Source: Nitrospirota bacterium
Lineage (GTDB): Bacteria > Nitrospirota > UBA9217
NCBI GenBank assembly: GCA_963845065.1
Contig: CAWJQQ010000002.1
Span: 256,001-320,000, forward strand
Reading direction: 5' to 3'
Length of the DNA: 64,000 nucleotides
Made by a program: the position numbers and the translations under genes. This document shows positions 1 through 9,365 of this stretch, piece by piece; position 1 is the first letter of the stretch; each line of letters begins with the position of its first letter. The notes beneath the pieces were generated by a model. The model was given only the letters and a program-made list of their open reading frames with translations, did no database searches and was not told the origin of the DNA.

Positions 1-1
1 T

Positions 2-640
2 GGAACAAGCCAGGATGAGTTCGTCAATACGCTGAAACAGCGCAATGCGGACAAGAAAATCCACGGGATCATCGTGATGCGGCCCTTCCCCAAACAGATC
101 AGAGAGGATGTTGTGAAATACATCCTGTCACCCGAAAAAGATATAGATTGCTTTAATCCTGTTAATGCCGGCAAGATCATGGCAGGAGACATGACGGGGT
201 TTCCACCTGCAACACCTCAGGCCGTAATGGAAATGCTCCGTTTCTACCAGGTTCCGATGAGCGGTAAAGAAGCCGTGGTCATCGGCCGTTCAATGGTCGT
301 TGGTAAGCCGATGTCAATGCTTCTCCTTGGTGAAAACGCCACGGTAACGGTCTGCCATTCGAAGACGCAGGATCTTCCTGGCGTTTGTAGACGGGCAGAC
401 ATCCTCGTAGCCGCGATCGGCAAGGCAAGAATGATCACGAAAGATTTCATTAAAAAAGGCGCTACGGTGATGGATGTTGGGATCAACGTCGAAGGAGACA
501 AGCTTTTCGGGGATGTCGACACTGAACCGGCCAAGGAAGTCGCAGGGGCCATTACGCCCGTGCCCGGCGGCGTCGGTACGGTTACGACACGCGTGTTATT
601 AAAGCACGTGGTAAAAGGCGCCAAACTGCAGAACCCATAG
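2..640 (+). CDS. folD: Methylenetetrahydrofolate dehydrogenase/cyclohydrolase family protein (5' end outside window)
   Basis: Frame open from base 2; motifs SPEKDID, VVIGRSMVVGKP, TVTVCHS, DVGIN, ITPVPGGVG. Confidence 0.93.
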   Translation, partial: GTSQDEFVNTLKQRNADKKIHGIIVMRPFPKQIREDVVKYILSPEKDIDCFNPVNAGKIMAGDMTGFPPATPQAVMEMLRFYQVPMSGKEAVVIGRSMVVGKPMSMLLLGENATVTVCHSKTQDLPGVCRRADILVAAIGKARMITKDFIKKGATVMDVGINVEGDKLFGDVDTEPAKEVAGAITPVPGGVGTVTTRVLLKHVVKGAKLQNP

Positions 641-660
641 AACAATATTTCACCCGTAAT

Positions 661-726
661 GGATCGGGGGCCGGCAAAAAAGCAACGGGTGGTAATGAAA
701 CAAGTTTTTTCCCTGGCCCCTGATCC
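661..726. terminator. Inverted repeat after folD, possible terminator
   Basis: GGATCGGGGGCC...GGCCCCTGATCC arms between convergent units. Confidence 0.4.
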
Positions 727-746
727 CCGCTTCTAAAACCCTACCG

Positions 747-1090
747 TTATTTTATCACCGCTTCTCTGACAACCTGTATCAACTCCGTTACCCGGTAGGA
801 CTTCTGCACACCTGCCGCACCAAGACCCACCAGGTCACTCGAGATGCCCACTTTCACGTTTGCATTGGAAAAGCCAAATTATGAAAAACCTCTCTGCGGT
901 CCATCCCACCATGTCCTGCACTGCCGCAACTATTTCATTCGACCACTGTTGGTACAGTTCCAGAGCTTGCGCACCGATATTTGCCACAAGCACGACATAG
1001 ACGAACGAGCCTTAGAATGTCTCGAGCGAATTCCATCACCATGATTTCATCTTCAGCTACTAGTACAGTGCCTGATCCGTGATCAAAACC
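747..1090 (-). pseudogene. Frameshifted receiver (REC) domain remnant
   Basis: Stitched frames read GSGTVLVAEDEIMVMEFARDIL / VLVANIGAQALELYQQWSNEI..DMV / GMDRREVF / NVKVGISS / VQKSYRVTELIQVVRE*. Confidence 0.7.
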
Positions 1091-1606
1091 TATTTTCCCA
1101 TTTCTGAAGCTGGCTATCTTCACAATAAATGCTGAATAGGACTGAAGCCCCGCCATTTAGGAAGGAAAGTTGCAGTATCAAGAGGTGCATGATATCACAT
1201 TACGTTGCAGCACTAGAGAATAATCCTATTTATATCTCAACAAATCAGGTCCTAAACAACTTGGAAAGCAACCATTCTAACCTGCCCTATCCTCTAGGCA
1301 GAAATGCCATAGCTCCTGAAAATGATCTAACATTGTGACGCGCTTAGGAGTGCATAGCAGGGAAACATTGGTGAGCTGAGACATTACTTTATTGATGATT
1401 GCATGGGTAATTGTTTTGAATAGATTGCGAAAAAGTTAGTTGGTGTTTAAATAGTCGTAGACACAAACGGCTTTTGCCAAAACGTTGCAGGCTGCTTTCG
1501 GGGATTGAACCGAAATTATATAGCTGTGCAAATGATAAATCATATAAGCAACATCTATTGCTTAACTGCACATCCGGGAAGCTGGCACTGTAAGCACGCC
1601 TAAAAC

Positions 1607-1638
1607 AAAAAAACCCCGGAGGATTGCTCCCCCGGGGT
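1607..1638 (-). terminator. Rho-independent terminator of the porin gene
   Basis: ACCCCGG...CCGGGGT stem followed by a U-tract on the minus strand. Confidence 0.8.
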
Positions 1639-1687
1639 CGTTACATTTATACTTACTGTCTACGAGCACCAGAATGGTGCGCACACC

Positions 1688-3016
1688 TTAGAAGCTGAAT
1701 GCGAGAACGCCCTGAAGACCAAGCGCTGAATCGGTGCCTTTTCCGTTAGCATCCTTGTATACTGCACCGGGCCCGAACCAACCAGCATCCCAATTCCAGG
1801 TAAGGTTGTCATAAAGCTTCCAGTTAAGATGTAAATCGACTTCCGTCCCGATATTGGTTGCAAGAGCTCCCGCTCCGCCACCGGTCAAAGCAGTGTTCGT
1901 CTTCTGCGTGGCCTGCAGGAAATAAACATCACCACCGAAGTCTAAGCTCTTGAGAGCGTGCCACATGGCGCCAATACTTTCAACCGTCGTGTCTGACAAA
2001 CCAGTATGAACTGAGCCGGCCGCAGTGGTAATCTTATACTCATACAGGAACGTATAGTGCGGGTCGATATCAAGGAAGGTTACCATTTGATTGACATCGG
2101 TATTGCCTGACTTGTGACCGGTACCATAACCAAGCATGAAATTAAATGTTACCGGATCCGTCAGCACATGGCCCGTAATTGCGATCTGGTCGCCTTTGTA
2201 CTTGGGTTGAGGTGCACCTGGGGCAACCTGCTTATCTGTTCCAGTCTGCAAATCTGCCTCAGCCTTCCAGTTTACTATGCCTACCCCACCGTTATACATA
2301 AGACCGATGTCATACAGATCATTGGCTGTACCCAAATGCGCATCGGTAACGTTAAGGCCAACTTGGTTCTTGTCATTAATCGCAAAAACGTCGAGGAGTA
2401 TATAGGCATCAATCTTGCCATAGCTGGTGCCTTCTGCAACGTTAACATCACCAACGCCATTTACTATAGTTGTAGAACCAGGAATACCACTTTGATCGGC
2501 AGTAGCATCCACAGCAGCAATAGTATTGGGGCCGGTTACGTTTGCGACGACCCATGCATCAGAGCCGAAATGCATTGAACGCGCGAACCAGCCGTTGGAG
2601 AGCTGCAGGAGCTGGTGGCCAGCGGTCACGTTGATCGGTATACCAGGCACGTTAAAGCTCACCCATGCTTCGCGGAAACCGAACGTGTTTGCCTGGAAGC
2701 CAGCCGTGCTTCCGCCGAAACCGTTACCGAAGTTCTGGTCTGTGCTGAATCCGTTAAATTGGCTACCAAAGTCAGAGAAATCGTTCCAGAGCGAGATTTT
2801 ACCCTTTAAATCATCACCCGCCTTGGCATTCACATTCAGGATGATGCGCTCTTGAGTATCGATCTGGTTATCATGCAAATTCTTGTCGAAATCCAGATTG
2901 TTAAAATCTCTGCTTCGAACCTGTACGGAACCACCCACGGACACGTCTGCTGCATGCGCTATGGAGCCCAGGCATACAAAAGCCAGCACTACCATCACAA
3001 CTAGAAACTTCTTCAT
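1688..3016 (-). CDS. Outer-membrane beta-barrel/porin (OmpJ or alginate-export-like)
   Basis: Signal peptide ending AHA; G/D/N/aromatic-rich alternating strands; C-terminal Phe (LAFSF); RBS GGGAGG. Confidence 0.75.
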   Translation of the reverse strand: MKKFLVVMVVLAFVCLGSIAHAADVSVGGSVQVRSRDFNNLDFDKNLHDNQIDTQERIILNVNAKAGDDLKGKISLWNDFSDFGSQFNGFSTDQNFGNGFGGSTAGFQANTFGFREAWVSFNVPGIPINVTAGHQLLQLSNGWFARSMHFGSDAWVVANVTGPNTIAAVDATADQSGIPGSTTIVNGVGDVNVAEGTSYGKIDAYILLDVFAINDKNQVGLNVTDAHLGTANDLYDIGLMYNGGVGIVNWKAEADLQTGTDKQVAPGAPQPKYKGDQIAITGHVLTDPVTFNFMLGYGTGHKSGNTDVNQMVTFLDIDPHYTFLYEYKITTAAGSVHTGLSDTTVESIGAMWHALKSLDFGGDVYFLQATQKTNTALTGGGAGALATNIGTEVDLHLNWKLYDNLTWNWDAGWFGPGAVYKDANGKGTDSALGLQGVLAFSF

Positions 3017-3435
3017 CGCTTATCCTCCCTAAAATAGATTTGTTCCGATTTGTACGGAACGCGTGTTTACCTCGTAATGTGCGCGCAACAAAGTTTCAAT
3101 AATTCGTATGAAGCAGGATTGTATGAGTTCAGTCTACACCCCCTTTCCATAGAAGAAATGGTGTGAAAGCGATGGGGCCATCAGAGAAGAAATACAGATT
3201 TCATGTGGAATTTGCCTTTCGGCAAAATGATCTGTAAGAGTGATGCCGAATACGTCGGCGCACTTCTGGACAGGAATGCGGCGGAGTAGCCTATATGTAG
3301 GTCTGTTAGTGGTTATCATGATAGTAATAAAAGTTTGGATCTGCCACTAGTACAAACTGCTACACTGCTCTGCTCATTTGATAATGTGGTTCAAAAAAGG
3401 AAGTGTTTTGCTGATATTTCGGAAAAGACGTTTTG

Positions 3436-3464
3436 ACTATATCAAAGTCGTATAGTGAAGTCAA
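3436..3464 (-). promoter_or_regulatory. Sigma70-type promoter upstream of the porin
   Basis: TTGACT-N17-TATAGT with extended -10 TG. Confidence 0.55.
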
Positions 3465-3730
3465 GAGTTTTCTAGTTCTTGAATGATGAGCCAATGAATG
3501 TTTTCGAGCATCAAGTTGCACAAAGCTGAAACCTATATTTTGCAATATTTTGCAATAGGGCACGATTAATTGTCCACTTCGTGAATTGCAATCGCGCTTT
3601 AAATTCATGTAGATCTTCGAGGGGCATCTTTCCGCGAGAACTCGGATCTCCTACCTTAATATGCTCGCAACCCCCCCTTGTTCAAGAACGCCCTCTTGGT
3701 TTCCGCTTGCATTAACAGCAACAACATGAT

Positions 3731-4412
3731 TTGACATACTCCTCGGCTAAAGTCCGAGAATTCCTGCAGCAACGACCTGCACCACTACATTTCCTTGTTG
3801 GCTCCTGTTTTCTTCGGCATTGATGCGCCGGTCGATCCCCAGGACACCCGGAAATGCCCTCCCCTTGACAATACAATCTTCGCGGCATTTTCATCAGCGT
3901 TCGATGTAAGCCGCACTTGGTATAACAGAAGAATTCTTGAGAAGGACGGTTTTCGGAGAAACATGGCAACGCTGAGAACATGTTTGGCTGCAATATGCCG
4001 CATCTACAAAAGATGCCTTTACCACCATGCCAATATTGTTTATACTGGATTTGACGATTAAATTCACCCTCAGCCCTGGCCTAGTATTGCCTTATTAAAC
4101 CCGGATTTCTACTTTTCGTTCTTGCCGGGTTTCTCAACCGTCCCTTTAGCCGATACCGTCATGTTCTCGGTAGCCAGGTCTTCTGACACCTTGATAGAGT
4201 GGTTTTTTCTTACGCGTGTGAGACCTGATTCTGACACATAAGCATCCGAATATCGGCAATACGAATATGTATTTTTTTGTATTACACTTCTGCTTTTTGC
4301 CAGTATTACTTCCATTTACCATCCGGTCAAGCTTCTGTTGAGCTTTAGCTAGTTCTTCCTCAGGTCGTTCTATACGAATCTACAGGATCGTAATGCGTAC
4401 CACTTGTGAGAG
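3731..4412 (-). pseudogene. tnpB: Decayed, 5'-truncated IS200/IS605 tnpB with well-preserved right end
   Basis: Stitched frames: LAKAQQKL..HIRIADIR..KNH..EDL..NMTVSAKGTVEKPGKN..KSGFNKAILGQG*..YKQ..VDAAYCSQTCS..KCG..NADENAAK; right end GAAT-hairpin-AGTATGTCAA at 3763-3731. Confidence 0.85.
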
Positions 4413-4958
4413 CCCCCTCTATACGATTGGCATTATGATATTTTAAATTGGCGTTCTGCTCTCGCCATCTATTTGCTCGTCTGGATGCGATCGGTCAAGA
4501 ATATCATCCTCGGACCGGTGGTTACCGGACTGGCACTGGAAAGGGCAGGGTCCTTAGTAGTCCCGGAATTGTATGCGGGAACGATCATGGAGATTGGAAT
4601 CGGGTTCGCATGCGTTGGGGCGGGCGGAATAGTGGGCAAAGAGGCATACTACTTCGGCTATCGCGAAGGCTAGCTCTTGATGCAGATTGGTTTTCCCTTC
4701 ATGGTCCTGGCAAACGTGCTTGGAAAAGAGAATCGCGCATTCATTCACTCGGGTTCTTCGTTATCTTAGTTCTGTTGCTCTCTCTTGCTGGCAAGAAGCT
4801 CAAGCAACAGCTCCTTTCGGAATCCTCGAAGGAAGTGTGCGGTTCACCGTCTCAAAGCAATGTAAGGGGGAAATTCATGTGAAAAGTCTTTCTTCTCTTC
4901 CACCGTTGTTAATATCGCTTCTGACCCGTATTTCCCCTTGTCTCAAGGTTCTTTTTAG

Positions 4959-5053
4959 GGAAATAGCAGGGAAAACCCCACATGCTTGATATCCTCCCCG
5001 GCCTCACGGACGGGGTCTTCCGGCGCGTAAGATAAGCGATGGGAATGCATCAA
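4959..5053 (+). mobile_element. IS605-type solo-hairpin mini-element (left/right-end fusion) containing a nested second element
   Basis: TTAG target 4955-58, AAAC guide at +15..18, CCCACATGC...GCGATGGG hairpin split by an insert, ends TCAA at 5050-53. Confidence 0.6.
4986..5031 (-). mobile_element. Nested 46-bp IS605-type solo-hairpin mini-element
   Basis: TTAT|CTTACGCGCCGG-AAGA-CCCCGTCCGTGAGGCCGGGG-AGGATA-TCAA. Confidence 0.65.
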
Positions 5054-6582
5054 GATTCTTTTTTCTCGTTTCTCTCTAATTTGCCATTCCCCGAAGTGTA
5101 CTGATAAAAAGAGTTCATGCCAAGCTTCAACAGACCCTTTTCGATAAGTCGCTTGGCGGATGCAACTACCTGTGGATCAAACTGCCGTCCCGACTCCTGT
5201 TCCAGTTCTACGAGGACCTCTTGGCTTGAGATTGTCCCACGGTATGGCCTCTCAGAGATCATTGCATCGATCGTGTCAGCGACATTCAATATCCTCGCTG
5301 CCAACGTTATCCGTTCACCGGCCAGCCCTTGAGGATAACCTTTCCCATCATACCGTTCATGGTGCTCATAGATCGCGTTAATGATGTCAGCGGAAAAACC
5401 AATGGGCTCCAGGATCCTTATGCCGTGGGCCGGATGGTCTTTCATGATAGCGAATTCCTCACGACTCAGCCGTTCCGGTTTACTGATGATAAGTTCACTG
5501 ATGCCGATTTTGCCTACATCATGGAGAATGGCGGCAATGTGGATTTCCTCAAGGCGCGAAGGGCTCATCCCCATGTCCCGAGCGACTGCCACGGCGTATT
5601 TCGCAACGTTGGTGGAATGCCACCGTGTATAGGGGTCTTTTGCCTCGACGGCAGCCACAAGTGCCTGGACTGTACGGAAATAATTTTCCCGCAGGTCTTC
5701 ATAAAGCGCTGCATTCTCCATGGCCGTGACGACCTGGGTGGAGAGAATCAGAACAATCTGCAGGTCGCTGGTCGTAAACGGCGGCCCGGAGAACTTGCTC
5801 ACGTTAAGCACGCCAAAAAGTTTGTTCTTGCCGATAAGTGGTACCGACATGGATGAAGCCGGCATATTTTCAAGGTTGATCGCATCCATCACTTCCTGGT
5901 CCGGGTGTTTGCCCGCAGATATAATAAGAGGCTTTCGGTACTTGAGCACAAGCCCCGCGACTCCTTCGCCAATTTTTCGGTGCGACTTTGAAGCCAACTC
6001 GTCTGGCAGCCCGTGTGAGGCTCGGATCAGCAGAGTCCCGCTGTTTTCATCCATCAGCATAAGTGAAAAGCGGTCAATGGGAAATTCCTGGATCAGGATT
6101 TCGGTGATGAGCTTAAATAGGTGAGTGAGGTCGATCTCCGTAACAAGCAGTTTGCTGATCTCGAACAGTGGGATGAGCGCCTTGAGCCTGATGTTTTCCT
6201 TTTGCAGCCGGCTCCGGTTTATTGCGCGATCCACAGCGCCGAGCAGTTCCGCCTGCGTAAACGGCTTCAGCAAAAAACCATCGACCCCGCGCACGAGGGA
6301 TTCAATGGCCGTGTCGATCGTGCCGTGCCCGGTTATAAATATCGTCACAATGTCCTGTTTTTTTGCTTTTACCCGTTCGAACAGTTCCAGACCGTCTATT
6401 CCCGGCATCCTAATGTCCGAAATCAAAAGATCGGCAGGCACGTGGCCGAGTTCTTCAAGTGCTTTGGTGCCATCAGAAAACGTGGACACCAAGTAACCTT
6501 CTGCTGTAAGGATACGGTAACACAAGTCCCTGATCATGTCCTCGTCGTCGACTACAAGAATTTTCTCACCAGCCACGTTCAC
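5050..6582 (-). CDS. Response regulator REC-GAF-HD-GYP (cyclic-di-GMP phosphodiesterase)
   Basis: ILVVDD / DIRMP receiver; GAF domain; HDVGKIG and HHERYDGKGYP motifs. Confidence 0.9.
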   Translation of the reverse strand: MNVAGEKILVVDDEDMIRDLCYRILTAEGYLVSTFSDGTKALEELGHVPADLLISDIRMPGIDGLELFERVKAKKQDIVTIFITGHGTIDTAIESLVRGVDGFLLKPFTQAELLGAVDRAINRSRLQKENIRLKALIPLFEISKLLVTEIDLTHLFKLITEILIQEFPIDRFSLMLMDENSGTLLIRASHGLPDELASKSHRKIGEGVAGLVLKYRKPLIISAGKHPDQEVMDAINLENMPASSMSVPLIGKNKLFGVLNVSKFSGPPFTTSDLQIVLILSTQVVTAMENAALYEDLRENYFRTVQALVAAVEAKDPYTRWHSTNVAKYAVAVARDMGMSPSRLEEIHIAAILHDVGKIGISELIISKPERLSREEFAIMKDHPAHGIRILEPIGFSADIINAIYEHHERYDGKGYPQGLAGERITLAARILNVADTIDAMISERPYRGTISSQEVLVELEQESGRQFDPQVVASAKRLIEKGLLKLGMNSFYQYTSGNGKLERNEKKES

Positions 6583-6687
6583 ACTCCTTCATGGGTGCCT
6601 CCGATGTCCAGGATTAATATGAAGCCCAAACGTTGTTTCACTCTTCGGTGTTCACGGGCACACTCCTCTACGGAGACTGTTCGTATC

Positions 6688-8781
6688 CTATGCGGCAGGC
6701 TGCTGCCGGTATCGAGGAAGAACCACCCGAAAGGTAGTGCCATGCATCGGTGAGCTTTCGGCTTCAATCTTACCGCCATGATTCTGCACAATACGATAGC
6801 TGATCGAAAGCCCCAGACCGGTACCACCGCCATTCTCTTTTGTGGAAAAGAAAGGCTCAAATATTTTATTCATATGTTCTGGTGCAATGCCGGACCCGGA
6901 ATCAGAAAAGACCACGATAACCTCGTTCTCATGCGTTGCATCGGCCTTGACCCGGAGCTCCCCCCCCTGCGGCATTGCTTGCAGTGCGTTATTTGCGATA
7001 TTAATGAAAACCTGTTTCATTTCATTGTGATCCATGTTTACCAGGACAGGTTCTGTCGGGTAGTCTTCATAGATCACCACGGAGGATGATTCGGCAATCC
7101 CCTGGACAAGAGCAATAGTCTCTTTGAGCGGCTGCGAAACGTCCTCAGGCTCCATCCATGATGGCCGCTGTCGAGAAAAATCCAGCAGGTTTCGAATGAT
7201 CTTTCTGACTCTCAACGTCTCCTGTTCCATCGTTACAAGGATTTTTCGCTGTTCCCCGGGTAGGTCTAGGGTCTTCAAGAGATGCGTCGCGTATCCGAGA
7301 ACGCTCGTCAACGGATTGTTGATCTCATGTGCTATATTGGCCGAGAGTCCACCGATGGCCGCCATTTTCGTAGAATGCACAAGCTGTTCCTGTGTGGTAT
7401 TCAGTTCGACCATTTTCCACTTTAAGTCGCTGTATAGTGAAGCATTTTGAAGAGCGGCAGAAGCCAGGTTGGAAAATACCGTAAATAGCCTCAGGTCGTG
7501 TTTATCAAAATTTCCCTCTCCTTTTTTATTGATGGCCGTGAGCAGGGCTGTCATCGTATTCGATGACCAGAGAGGGACAGCCATGATACTCTTGATGCCT
7601 AAAGATTTCATCTCTAGACCGTTCAGTCTGAAATCGTCCTCAGCATCTATAATAAGGAGTGGAGTGCCATAGCTCACCATCCAGTTATAAATACCGCCTG
7701 CTTCCAGCGGCATATCAAGTTCCTTTATGGATTTTCTTTTGCTACCGAAGACCCCCAGATATTTTAGCATGCGATCTGATTTATTAACAACAGATACTGT
7801 AGTCGTATCAGCACGCACGAGGTCTTCAGCGCCCGCCGCGATCTTCGTGAGAAGGGATTCGCGATCCAGGCTCTCCATAAGGCCCAGGCCGGTCGTATGA
7901 AGAATAAACAGATCTCGGTTACCCTGCGAAAGGCTCGTCTCTCGTTGTTTCAGAATGAGTGCCATCTGGTTAAAAGCATGACCGAGTTTGCTGATCTCGT
8001 CGCTCCCTTTCACGGGAAAAGGTGCTTCCCAGTTCTGTTGGGCCAACTTTTCAACGGCATCGCTGAGCCGCAGGATGGGCTTGGAAATTCCCACTGCTAT
8101 GATTTGGCTAAATGCTATTCCAATGAGCAAGATGATGACGAGTGCTCCAGCAGATTTTTTCGTGATGGCAAAGATTTTTTTCTCGTAGAGTTCGCCGGAA
8201 ACACCGACCCGAACGTAACCGACAAGTTTACGCCCGGAGAGGATAGGGAGAGTAAGGTCGCAAACCCCGCTCTTTTCCATCACAAAGGCAGGTTCATGGG
8301 TCTGGGCAGGCGTACAGGTAAACACAGTATCGTCACTCAATGCACTCCTGCCAGGAGGAAGTGTATGAAGCGATTCACTGTCAAAAAAGGCGCCTGAAGC
8401 CGTACTTCCGATAAGAGCGTCGCACGAACTATTGAATATCATCGCATAGAGAAGAGCTTTGCCGGTGCCGGCATCTTCATCGGCGGCAAAAAATGGGGAT
8501 AGCTTTTTGTATAGTTCAGACCGGTTGCTGGCAACGACGTCGTCTGCGGTGAAAGCCGACAATTCACGGGCTACAACAAGTGCTCTGCCCCTGGTTTCGG
8601 TGTCTACAACCTCCCTCCCCTCCCAGAAAAAAAAAGCTCCTATCAACGCTGCAACAAGAACGAGCGCCGTCGTCATGATAAAAGAAACCCTGCAGCCGAT
8701 CCCGCCCCACCATCTGGTAAAAGCAAAACACAAGCGAGCCAAAAGGGCTGAAAGTATGCCTTTTACATATGCCATAGTCAC
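6688..8781 (-). CDS. Membrane sensor histidine kinase (HAMP-GAF-HisKA-HATPase)
   Basis: Two TM segments, HAMP (DEISKLGHAFNQM), AHEINNPL H-box, DSGSG, GTGLGL. Confidence 0.92.
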   Translation of the reverse strand: MTMAYVKGILSALLARLCFAFTRWWGGIGCRVSFIMTTALVLVAALIGAFFFWEGREVVDTETRGRALVVARELSAFTADDVVASNRSELYKKLSPFFAADEDAGTGKALLYAMIFNSSCDALIGSTASGAFFDSESLHTLPPGRSALSDDTVFTCTPAQTHEPAFVMEKSGVCDLTLPILSGRKLVGYVRVGVSGELYEKKIFAITKKSAGALVIILLIGIAFSQIIAVGISKPILRLSDAVEKLAQQNWEAPFPVKGSDEISKLGHAFNQMALILKQRETSLSQGNRDLFILHTTGLGLMESLDRESLLTKIAAGAEDLVRADTTTVSVVNKSDRMLKYLGVFGSKRKSIKELDMPLEAGGIYNWMVSYGTPLLIIDAEDDFRLNGLEMKSLGIKSIMAVPLWSSNTMTALLTAINKKGEGNFDKHDLRLFTVFSNLASAALQNASLYSDLKWKMVELNTTQEQLVHSTKMAAIGGLSANIAHEINNPLTSVLGYATHLLKTLDLPGEQRKILVTMEQETLRVRKIIRNLLDFSRQRPSWMEPEDVSQPLKETIALVQGIAESSSVVIYEDYPTEPVLVNMDHNEMKQVFINIANNALQAMPQGGELRVKADATHENEVIVVFSDSGSGIAPEHMNKIFEPFFSTKENGGGTGLGLSISYRIVQNHGGKIEAESSPMHGTTFRVVLPRYRQQPAA

Positions 8782-8837
8782 GGGACAGAGCGAAATAAAC
8801 CTATAGTAACATATAAGTACTATCGTGTAAATGCAAT

Positions 8838-8867
8838 AAAAAAGGCAAGGATCATTGTCCTTGCCTT
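8838..8867 (-). terminator. Terminator of the alpha operon
   Basis: AAGGCAAGGA-loop-TCCTTGCCTT with U-tract. Confidence 0.8.
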
Positions 8868-8913
8868 CATGTCTATTGCGAGTGGCGCATAAGAAATTTA
8901 GAAAGTAGCTCCG

Positions 8914-9336
8914 CTATGCCGCCGGTGCCTTTTCTTTTTTAGTTTTTTTCGAACCTGCGGTCTCTGCCGCCTCTTTTGCCTTACGTTCCACAAGTTCGAT
9001 CACGGCCATGGATGCTGCATCTCCAGAACGGGTCCGGGTCGGAACAATTCTGGTATAGCCGCCGTTTCGGGACGTAAATCGCGGTGCTATCTGAGCAAAA
9101 AGGCTGCCCACTACGGCCTCATCCTGGATAAAACTGAGCGCTTGACGCCGTGCATGGAGATCGCCCCGCTTCGCGAGGGTGATCAATTTCTCCGCCAGTG
9201 GACGAATCTCTTTCGCCTTTGCTGTCGTTGTTTCAATTTTTTCATTCCTAAGCAATGCGGTTACGAGCATCCTGAGCAGCGCCTTGCGGTGCCCCGAGTC
9301 TCTACCAAATTGCCTGCCTGCGCATCCATGTCTCAT
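8914..9336 (-). CDS. rplQ: 50S ribosomal protein L17
   Basis: [26 protein letters not shown]. Confidence 0.97.
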   Translation of the reverse strand: MRHGCAGRQFGRDSGHRKALLRMLVTALLRNEKIETTTAKAKEIRPLAEKLITLAKRGDLHARRQALSFIQDEAVVGSLFAQIAPRFTSRNGGYTRIVPTRTRSGDAASMAVIELVERKAKEAAETAGSKKTKKEKAPAA

Positions 9337-9365
9337 TTCATCATCCCTGCCAAATTATTTTAGTA

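Noticed and set aside
1144..1172. GAAGCCCCGCCATTTAGGAAGG, a possible further IS605 right end
   Set aside because: The hairpin arms do not pair well and there is no TCAN end.
3193..3236. GGCAAA and GAAA suggested a c-di-GMP-I riboswitch
   Set aside because: The GACGCAAAGC-type continuation and second stem are missing.
4109..4315. ORF starting MEVILAKS, resembling the IspH N-terminus
   Set aside because: No GFCxGV motif; its second half is one frame of the tnpB pseudogene.
4434..4880. Short hydrophobic plus-strand ORFs, possible membrane-protein remnant
   Set aside because: No clear start or RBS and no recognisable family.
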